A stretch of 64,000 nucleotides of DNA from Acidimicrobiales bacterium (GTDB taxonomy: Bacteria > Actinomycetota > Acidimicrobiia > Acidimicrobiales > SZUA-35): contig CBDHHN010000002.1 of the NCBI GenBank assembly GCA_965263455.1, positions 6,938-70,937 of the forward strand, read 5' to 3'. Below the pieces are notes generated by a model. That model saw only the letters and a program-made list of their open reading frames with translations. It did no database searches and was not told the DNA's origin. Both the position numbers and the translations under genes were made by a program. Positions 57,356 to 64,000 of the stretch are shown piece after piece (position 1 is the first letter of the stretch; each line of letters begins with the position of its first letter).

Positions 57356-58603
57356 ATGGCCCCGACCGGTCGGGCTAGGGTCGATCCGGTGCCCGACTCC
57401 CCCTCGTCATCGCCCCGGCTCCCTCTGGCCGGGATCCGCATCGCCGACTTCACCGACGTGGTCATGGGCCCCCTGGGAACCCGGATGCTGGGCGACATGG
57501 GGGCCGACGTGATCCGGGTCGAGGCGCCGGGCGGCGACGCCATCCGTCACTACGAGCCGATGCGGAGCGAGGCGATGAGCGCCTTCTCGATGAACGTGAA
57601 CCGCAACAAACGGTCGATCGTGCTCGATCTCAAGTCGCCCGAAGGTCGCCAGGCGGCCCGGGATCTCATCGCCTCGTGCGACGTGTTCGTGTCCAACATG
57701 CGGCGGGCGGCGCTGGCCCGCCTCGGCCTCGATGAGGACTCGGTCCGGGCGTTGCGGCCCGACATCGTCTATTGCGTGGCCAACGGCTACGGGAGCGACG
57801 GCCCCCGCGCCGATCATGCCGCCTACGACGACGTGATGCAGGCGGCGTCGGGCCTGGCCTCGATGTTCGCCTGGGTCGGCGACGAGCCCCGCCTGGTCCC
57901 GAGCATCTACGCCGACAAGGTGACCGGCGTCCACATCGCCTTCGCCATCGCCGCCGCCCTGGTCGGGCGGGCCCGCGACGGGGAGGGCGTCACGTTGGAG
58001 GTGCCGATGGCCGAGACCATGGCCGCCTTCAACCTGGTGGAGCATCTCGGGGGCCAGACGTTCGAGCCCCCCGAAGGCCACTTCAGCTACCGACGGATCC
58101 GGACCCCCAACCGCAAGCCCCGCCGGACCAGCGACGGCTGGATCGTGGTCCTTCCCTACTCCGACGACAACTGGCGCCGGTTCTTCGCCTTCGTCGGGCG
58201 GCCCGATCTTGCCGACGACCCCCGCTTCACCACCGGCGCCGACCGGGTCATGAACGCCGACGCCCTGTACGGACTGGTCGACCGATTGACCGATGGCCAC
58301 TCCACGGCCGAGTGGCTGCGGTTCTGCGCCGAGCACTCGATCCCGGCGGCCGAGCTTGTCGACCCCGAGGACCTGCGCCACGACGAGCACTTCGCCGCCG
58401 TCGGTCTGCTCCAGGATGACGTCCATCCGACCGAGGGGCCCTACCGCTATGTCCGGAGCTCGATCCGGATCGACGGTGCACCGCTGCGCCAGCACCGCCA
58501 CCCGCCACGGCTCGGGGCCGACGGGCCCGAGATCCTGCGGGAGCTGGGCTGGGACGAGGCCCGCATCACCGGCGTCGTCGGCTCCGCGCCCGGCGACGAC
58601 TAG
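57356..58603 (+). CDS. Family III CoA-transferase (CaiB/BaiF)
   Basis: LAGIRIADFTDVVMGPLGTRMLGDMGADVIRVE is the family N-terminus. It has the conserved Asp region (YADKVTG). ATG 57356 is in frame within track ORF 56045-58603. Confidence 0.88.
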   Translation: MAPTGRARVDPVPDSPSSSPRLPLAGIRIADFTDVVMGPLGTRMLGDMGADVIRVEAPGGDAIRHYEPMRSEAMSAFSMNVNRNKRSIVLDLKSPEGRQAARDLIASCDVFVSNMRRAALARLGLDEDSVRALRPDIVYCVANGYGSDGPRADHAAYDDVMQAASGLASMFAWVGDEPRLVPSIYADKVTGVHIAFAIAAALVGRARDGEGVTLEVPMAETMAAFNLVEHLGGQTFEPPEGHFSYRRIRTPNRKPRRTSDGWIVVLPYSDDNWRRFFAFVGRPDLADDPRFTTGADRVMNADALYGLVDRLTDGHSTAEWLRFCAEHSIPAAELVDPEDLRHDEHFAAVGLLQDDVHPTEGPYRYVRSSIRIDGAPLRQHRHPPRLGADGPEILRELGWDEARITGVVGSAPGDD

Positions 58604-58639
58604 GCGCGGGCCGGTCGAGGCCACGGGAACCGATAGCGG

Positions 58640-58876
58640 TCAGGCTTCGGCGTGACTGAGGAAGGGCACGAAGGCGACGACGGCCGAGGCCACCCACAGC
58701 AGGGCCCCGAGGTTGGCGTTGAGGTTCCAGCCCACGTAGGTCCCGATGATGAACACCACCGGCGCCACGGCCCACAACGCCCGCCGCCGATGGCGTCGGG
58801 TCACGGGAGCGGGAGCGATACGGGGCCGGTCGGCCCGGGATCGGGGACGTCCGCCGCCGGTGGTTGGATCAGCCAT
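58640..58876 (-). CDS. Small two-TM membrane protein (hypothetical)
   Basis: 78 aa. A basic N-terminus is followed by two hydrophobic helices (LWAVAPVVFIIGTYVGW and LGALLWVASAVVAFVPFL). Confidence 0.45.
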   Translation of the reverse strand: MADPTTGGGRPRSRADRPRIAPAPVTRRHRRRALWAVAPVVFIIGTYVGWNLNANLGALLWVASAVVAFVPFLSHAEA

Positions 58877-58953
58877 CGACGGTGAGGATAGAGGGCCCCG
58901 GGGCCGTCGGGTCGGGTCGGTTGGGTCTCCCGGCCGTGCCGGTCCTCACGACC

Positions 58954-60432
58954 TCACAGGGCAGCGGCCGGGGCCCAGGTGGCGTGGGTGCCGCTGGAGA
59001 TCCGCTCCGGCAGGCGGATCCGGGCCACGGGACCGTCGCCCGGCCGAGCCGCATCGAGCACCACGCACTCGGAGCGGTCATTGACCAGATCCGAGGTGAA
59101 GGTCACGAGGTAGCCGTCGTCCTCGGCCGCCGAGCCGTCCCGGGGCGCCATGACGGTCTCGCTGAGGAAGACCCCGTCGCCCAGCCTGACCACCTCCTCG
59201 GTCCCGGTTTCGACGTCGTGTTTGACCAGGCCGTCGAAGGCGAACAGACCCGGGGTACCGAGCGCCAGGTAGGCGTAGCGGTGGGGGCGGCCGGCGTGGC
59301 GGCCGTTGATCATGGGGAACTCGGCCAGGGTCTCCGACAGGGACTCCTCCCTCGTCTCCCCCGTGGTCAGGTTGAAGCGCCAGCGATGGTGGCGGGCCTG
59401 GAGCACGTTGAGATCGAGGGTCTCGAAACCCTTGTGCCGGCCGCCCATGCGGGCCACGCCCCGGGCCGTCGGGTTGTGTTGGAAGAAGCCCTCCAGGATG
59501 ACCCACTCGCCCTCGGGGTCGGTGTGCTCGTAGGCGTTCGTCCAGTGGAGGACGAAGGTCGGCTCGGCCTCGAACCACCGGATCTCGTCGGTCGTGCCGT
59601 GGCGGGGCACCAGGGCGAAGCGACTGGGGAGATCCCGGTTGAAGGTGTTGGAGTAGTAGCCGTCGGCCAGGGCCTGGGGTTCCCAGTAGAGGGGCAGGTC
59701 GTTGAGGATCGACCAGTTCTCGGTGAAGGCCATGTCGTGGGGCAGGCGGGGCCCGGGAAGCGGGACGTCGAGGTAGGTGGTGAGCTCACCGGCCGGGCTG
59801 ACCACGCCGTAGTGCATGTACGGGGCCTCGGTCGAGTAGTTGAAGAACAAGAGCTCGCCCGTGTGCTCGTCGACCTTGGGATGGGCCGACACCCCCTCGA
59901 CCGGGAAGCGACCTCCCCAGGAGGCCCGGCCCTGATCGTCGAGGGTGCGGGGGTCGAGGGCGTAGAGATCGCCGCATTGGTAGAAGCTGGCGAGGGCCTG
60001 GCCCCCGTGGACGACCACGTCCGTGCTGGCGTTGTCCTTCATCAGCGTGCGGGCGCCCCAGCCATGGTCGGCCACGGCGTTGGACGGGTGCTCGGCGATC
60101 CCGGCCCACAGCGAACGCCTGGCCTCCTGTTCGGCCAGGAAGCCCTCGGTCCGCACGAACCGGTTGGCGTAGCGGGCCTCGCCGTTGGCGAAGGTCATGG
60201 CGTGGAGCATGGCATCGCCGTCGAAGGGGTGGTATCGCTTGATCGGTTCGAACAGGGCGGTCTCGGTGTTGCGGAGGTAGACGCCATTCAGATCATCGGG
60301 GATCCGGCCTTCGACATCGAGGTCCCAGGCGTCGTACTCGGTGGTCTGGGGCCGCCACACCCCGGTCCGGTAGGGGTGATCATCGTCGGGGGGCAACGCC
60401 GACTCGGCCCGTCCCCGCACCTCGACCTGCAT
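58954..60432 (-). CDS. Carotenoid oxygenase family dioxygenase (CCD / lignostilbene dioxygenase-like)
   Basis: HPFDGDAMLHAMTF, plus His-containing blades (VSAHPKVD, LPHDMAFTENW, FVLHWTNAYE). 492 aa. Confidence 0.9.
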   Translation of the reverse strand: MQVEVRGRAESALPPDDDHPYRTGVWRPQTTEYDAWDLDVEGRIPDDLNGVYLRNTETALFEPIKRYHPFDGDAMLHAMTFANGEARYANRFVRTEGFLAEQEARRSLWAGIAEHPSNAVADHGWGARTLMKDNASTDVVVHGGQALASFYQCGDLYALDPRTLDDQGRASWGGRFPVEGVSAHPKVDEHTGELLFFNYSTEAPYMHYGVVSPAGELTTYLDVPLPGPRLPHDMAFTENWSILNDLPLYWEPQALADGYYSNTFNRDLPSRFALVPRHGTTDEIRWFEAEPTFVLHWTNAYEHTDPEGEWVILEGFFQHNPTARGVARMGGRHKGFETLDLNVLQARHHRWRFNLTTGETREESLSETLAEFPMINGRHAGRPHRYAYLALGTPGLFAFDGLVKHDVETGTEEVVRLGDGVFLSETVMAPRDGSAAEDDGYLVTFTSDLVNDRSECVVLDAARPGDGPVARIRLPERISSGTHATWAPAAAL

Positions 60433-60505
60433 GACCGACCTCCCGTGTCGCGGCCTGTGGCCTCCGTTCTAGCCCACGGTCCCGATCGGAGGCACGCCCG
60501 CGCCC

Positions 60506-61810
60506 TCAGTCGAGCTCGAGCAGTCGGCCGAGGTCGCGGTGGGCCTCGGCCGCCTCGGCCGCCAGCGTCGGGTCGGCCAGGTCGTCCGGCCGCAGCTCGT
60601 CCCGATAGTGGCGGCCGACCCAGGCCTCGAGCTGGTCGAGCAGGTCGTCGTCGACGACCACCCGGGCGTTGAGCGCCGCCTCCTCCTCGGCCCTCAGCAC
60701 GACCCGGAGGCGGAGGCAGGCCGGGCCCCCGCCGTTGTCCATGCTCTGGCGGAGGTCGACGACGTGGACGGCGTCGATGGGGTGCCCGGGGTCGGCGACC
60801 GCCCGGTCGAGATAGCGGGCGGTGGAGGCCGTCTCGGTCGCCTCAACCGGGGCCACCAGGGCCGTGGTCCCGTCGGGCATCGTGACCAGCTGGGAGTTGA
60901 ACAGGTACGAGGCCACGGCGTCGGCCAGGCCGACCTCGGCCTCGGGTACCTCGACCACCGTGACACCATGGGCGGCGAGGTCGACCCGGACCCGGCTGGG
61001 CTCGTCGAAGGCCCGCTCGTGGGCGAACAGGACGCGACCGTTGGCCACCGAGACCACGTCATTGTGGAAGGCCCCGGCGTCGATGGCGGCTGCCGACTGA
61101 CGGGCGACCACGACCCGCTCGGGGTCGAGGCCGTGGGAGGCGGCGATGAGGCGCCCGGCCAGGTCGGTCTGACGCCGGGGCACCCCGTCCACAACGGGCG
61201 GTTCGTCGGCCCGACGGCCGTGGACGAAGAGGTGTACGCCGGGTTCGCCGTGCGACGGGGCGAACCGCCCGTGGTTGGCCGCCCCCTCGTCGGCCAGAGG
61301 ACCGATCGCGGGCAGCGGGTCGTGGACCACGAACCGGTCGGGGTCGGCGAAGATGCGGCGGAGGGTGGCGGTGGTGGCCGACGGTTCCAACGATCGGTGG
61401 GCCGTCGACCACAGGTTGGCCGGGGTGAGGTGAACCCGGCCGTCGGCGGCGTCGACCGACGGGGTGACGGTGGCGGCGTTGGCCGCCCACATCGACGACG
61501 CCGACTGGGTGAGGGCCACCAGTTCGGGGGCGACGGTGTCGAGGGCGGCGACACCATCGGGCGCCGCAGCCGCCGCCGGACCGATCAGGGCGGCCAGCAC
61601 CGATGGGTCGGGCCGCAGGGGCGGGGGCAACACGCCCTGACCGAGGCCGAGGTGATGGAGCCGACGCATCTTGGCCAGACCCTGCAGAGCGGCCCGCCGG
61701 GGGCTCGACGCCCGCCCGGCGTTGCCGGTCGAGGCTCGGTTGCCCGGTGACAGTCCGGCGTAGTTGTGGGTCGGCCCGACCAATCCGTCGAAGTTGAGCT
61801 CCCGCGTCAC
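60506..61810 (-). CDS. astB: N-succinylarginine dihydrolase
   Basis: MTRELNFDGLVGPTHNYAGLSPGNRAS closely matches the AstB N-terminus ([21 protein letters not shown]). 434 aa. Confidence 0.92.
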   Translation of the reverse strand: MTRELNFDGLVGPTHNYAGLSPGNRASTGNAGRASSPRRAALQGLAKMRRLHHLGLGQGVLPPPLRPDPSVLAALIGPAAAAAPDGVAALDTVAPELVALTQSASSMWAANAATVTPSVDAADGRVHLTPANLWSTAHRSLEPSATTATLRRIFADPDRFVVHDPLPAIGPLADEGAANHGRFAPSHGEPGVHLFVHGRRADEPPVVDGVPRRQTDLAGRLIAASHGLDPERVVVARQSAAAIDAGAFHNDVVSVANGRVLFAHERAFDEPSRVRVDLAAHGVTVVEVPEAEVGLADAVASYLFNSQLVTMPDGTTALVAPVEATETASTARYLDRAVADPGHPIDAVHVVDLRQSMDNGGGPACLRLRVVLRAEEEAALNARVVVDDDLLDQLEAWVGRHYRDELRPDDLADPTLAAEAAEAHRDLGRLLELD

Positions 61811-61890
61811 CCGACATCCTCCCTGGTCGTCCGGAAGAGGCCTCGTCGTTCCCTCATCGCCGTGGTCCGGTCATCTACGATCAACCTCCA

Positions 61891-62358
61891 ATGGTTCCCA
61901 AGGACGTCGAGATGGACGAGACCGACTGGTCGATCGTGCACCTCCTCCAACAGGACGGCCGCATGTCGTTCCGCAATCTGGCCAAGGCCGTGCACCTGTC
62001 GCCGGCTGCCACCACGGCCCGGGTCCACGCCCTGGAGAGCGCCGGGGTGATCACCGGGTACCGGGCCGACGTCGACGCCACGCGGGTGGGCCGGCCGACC
62101 CGGGCCTTCGTCAGCCTGCGGGCGGCCAACGCCACCACCCGGTCGGTCCACGCCGCCCGACGCATCGGCCAGGACCACCCTGCGGTCCGCCACGTGTATC
62201 TGCTGCTGGGCGACGCCGACCTGCTGTTCTACGTCGAGGCCACCGATCTCCAGGAACTCGACGCCCTGGTCACCTCGCTGGGGGCGTTGGGCCAGACGAC
62301 GACCACCATGGTCGTCGACACCCTGGTCGAGGCTCAACGGACACCGCCCTCGGGCTGA
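61891..62358 (+). CDS. Lrp/AsnC-family transcriptional regulator
   Basis: DETDWSIVHLLQQDGRMSFRNLAKAVHLSPAATTARVHALESAGVITGYRADVD, followed by a RAM domain. Confidence 0.92.
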   Translation: MVPKDVEMDETDWSIVHLLQQDGRMSFRNLAKAVHLSPAATTARVHALESAGVITGYRADVDATRVGRPTRAFVSLRAANATTRSVHAARRIGQDHPAVRHVYLLLGDADLLFYVEATDLQELDALVTSLGALGQTTTTMVVDTLVEAQRTPPSG

Positions 62359-63473
62359 CCGGTCTCCAGGACCAGCGCCGTGGCCTCCCGGCCCGGCTCC
62401 AACCCGAGCGCCGCACCCACGTCGGTCGTCGCCTCGGCGATGGCCGGGGCCGTACCCGCGCCGCCATCGGCCGTGCCGCCATCGGTCGTGAGGCCCACCC
62501 GCCCCCGCACCACTCGGAAGTCGTCGAGGGAGGTGGTGGCCACCAGGGCATCGAGGCCGGCCCCGTCGTCGGGTGCCGTGCCCGGCGCCGCCACCGCGAC
62601 CGGGGTCCTGAGCCGCCAGGTCCGGGTCGAGGTCAGGGGCCCGGCCAGGGTGGGACCGGCGTCGATCGGGTCGAACAGGCCGTTGGGGCGCAGCCCCTCG
62701 GCCATCAACAGGTGGAAGGCCGGCAACGACAGCCGGTTGACCGAACCCACGATCTCCAGCAGGCGGGGCTCCACCTCGATGGAGTGCTCGACCAGGTCCT
62801 CGATGCGGTCGGGGTGGGCCGCCAGGGCCCGCTCGGCCGCCATCGACGTGGGCCACTGGGGGGCGACCTGGCGGCCGAAGACCTCCCAGAACGGGGCCGA
62901 GCCCCCCGGGCTGAACGGGCCCCGCAGGTGGGACACGAGGGTCGGGGGAACCTGGTCGGCCACCAGGGTGAGCAGCAGGAAGCGCCCTCGGGACAACAGG
63001 GTCCCGTGACCCCGACCCCGGGCTCGGGGTCCGAGGAACGTGGCGTTCAGCTCGGTGCAGGTCCACGGCTGTTTCTGCCCGGCCAGGCACAGACCCCGAC
63101 CCTCGGGGCTGGTCACGATGCGGACGGCGAAGTTGGGGACCTCCCACTTGGCGCTGAAGCCGGTGACCCCGACCAGCTCGCCGTCGCCGTCCTCCAGCAC
63201 CAACAGCACCGAACGGGATCCCCCGGGCGAGGGCCGGAGGGCACCAGCGGCCAGGTCGGCCACCGTCCGGGCCGACCGATGGCATCGCCGACGGGCATCG
63301 TCGGCCGACGAGGGCAGCGACACCATACCCACCAACTCGTCCCGGGCCGGGGCCAACAGCGCCCACAGCGCGGCGTGGTCGTGGGCCCGGACCGGGCGCA
63401 GCACGGCTGATGCCGGGCCGGCCGGCGGTACGGCGCGTAGGGGCGGGGTGTCGGGACCGGTCGTCGCCTCCAT
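62334..63473 (-). CDS. astA: Arginine N-succinyltransferase-like protein
   Basis: Blocks align with AstA: LLVLEDGDGELVGVTGFS, ELNATFLGPRARGRGHGTLLSRGRFLLL, APFWEVFGR, FDPIDAGPTL. Confidence 0.75.
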   Translation of the reverse strand: MEATTGPDTPPLRAVPPAGPASAVLRPVRAHDHAALWALLAPARDELVGMVSLPSSADDARRRCHRSARTVADLAAGALRPSPGGSRSVLLVLEDGDGELVGVTGFSAKWEVPNFAVRIVTSPEGRGLCLAGQKQPWTCTELNATFLGPRARGRGHGTLLSRGRFLLLTLVADQVPPTLVSHLRGPFSPGGSAPFWEVFGRQVAPQWPTSMAAERALAAHPDRIEDLVEHSIEVEPRLLEIVGSVNRLSLPAFHLLMAEGLRPNGLFDPIDAGPTLAGPLTSTRTWRLRTPVAVAAPGTAPDDGAGLDALVATTSLDDFRVVRGRVGLTTDGGTADGGAGTAPAIAEATTDVGAALGLEPGREATALVLETGQPEGGVR

Positions 63474-63514
63474 GCCCGTGCACGGTAGAGCGACGGGCCG
63501 CCCCGAGGCGGGAT

Positions 63515-64000
63515 TCAGTCGGCCTGGACCGGTACCGCGACCGGCGGCGTCGTCTCGCTCAGGCGATCCCAGGTGTCCTGGTCGCTCATGCCCATCATGG
63601 CGTCGAGCACCTTGCGGGGATAGTGCATCGAGGGTTTGGCCTCGTCGAAGGCGGGTTGGGCCACGGGGGCGGCCGGACGCTCGTAGGGGGTCGGCCGCTT
63701 CAGGGCCTCGACCTCATCGGCGGTGATCCCGCACAGATCGCGAACCTCGGGATCGATCCAGGCCTCGGCGTCGATGGCGGCCCCGGTGGCCACCTCCAGG
63801 GCCAGGCCCTCGGGTCCGGCGAAGTACATCGACTGGATGAACCCGTGGTCGAGGGGTCCCCACACCTGGATCCCCCGGGCCCGGATCCGGTCCCGCAGGC
63901 TCAGCAGCTCGTCCAGGGTGTCGACGTGGAGGGCCACGTGCTGCATGGCCCCGGCCGCCACCGGGCTGCCGGGGTTGCCGGCGTGGCTGACGCCCCAGAC
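63515..64000 (-). CDS. VOC/glyoxalase-family protein, C-terminal part (the reading frame stays open to the right edge)
   Basis: MQHVALHVDTLDELLSLRDRIRARGIQVWGPLDHGFIQSMYFAGPEGLALEV is a VOC beta-alpha-beta-beta-beta module. The frame continues upstream of the track start (GTG 63961) to position 64000. Confidence 0.75.
   Translation of the reverse strand, partial: VWGVSHAGNPGSPVAAGAMQHVALHVDTLDELLSLRDRIRARGIQVWGPLDHGFIQSMYFAGPEGLALEVATGAAIDAEAWIDPEVRDLCGITADEVEALKRPTPYERPAAPVAQPAFDEAKPSMHYPRKVLDAMMGMSDQDTWDRLSETTPPVAVPVQAD

Overview
High-GC (about 70% by eye) actinobacterial-type chromosomal segment. It is densely packed with about 57 protein-coding genes. I saw no rRNA, tRNA, CRISPR array, transposase, integrase or prophage genes. 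Most long ORFs in the six-frame track are Arg/Pro/Gly-rich shadow frames of the real genes, and I resolved them by amino-acid composition, GC3 and recognisable family motifs.

Content from left to right:
- A conserved actinobacterial cluster: MerR, bifunctional nuclease, GarA-like FHA, gcvH, CDP-alcohol phosphatidyltransferase, DUF2079 and an SRAP peptidase.
- A nitroreductase, then a TlpA-like redoxin interrupted by an in-frame TGA, convergent with a BisC-type molybdoenzyme.
- An SDR and an uncharacterised two-gene pair.
- HpaB-like and NtaA/DszA-like flavin monooxygenases, tesB and a class B PBP.
- An amt-glnK operon with a small OmpR-type regulator.
- An Rpf-like transglycosylase, then a hydrolase overlapping a WS/DGAT.
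- A 1137-aa secreted zincin with three repeated modules, and two divergent lipoproteins.
- A Baeyer-Villiger monooxygenase (BVMO).
- A DUF4397 / sortase F / ECF sigma / RskA cluster.
- glcDEF, and a TetR regulator next to a dehalogenase-like hydrolase.
- A beta-glucoside-type ABC operon with two binding proteins and an 863-aa permease, with its LacI regulator.
- An aminotransferase, a CoA-transferase, a carotenoid oxygenase, astB, lrp, astA and a VOC protein.

The most interesting signal is the redoxin gene at 8490-9074. Its only stop-codon interruption sits exactly on the first Cys of the CxxC motif, and a hairpin with a GGUC apical loop follows 18 nt later. This is the pattern expected for a bacterial UxxC selenoprotein with its SECIS element. 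Second in interest is a shared 5-n6-5-n6-5 A/T-rich motif upstream of both amt and its neighbouring mini wHTH regulator.
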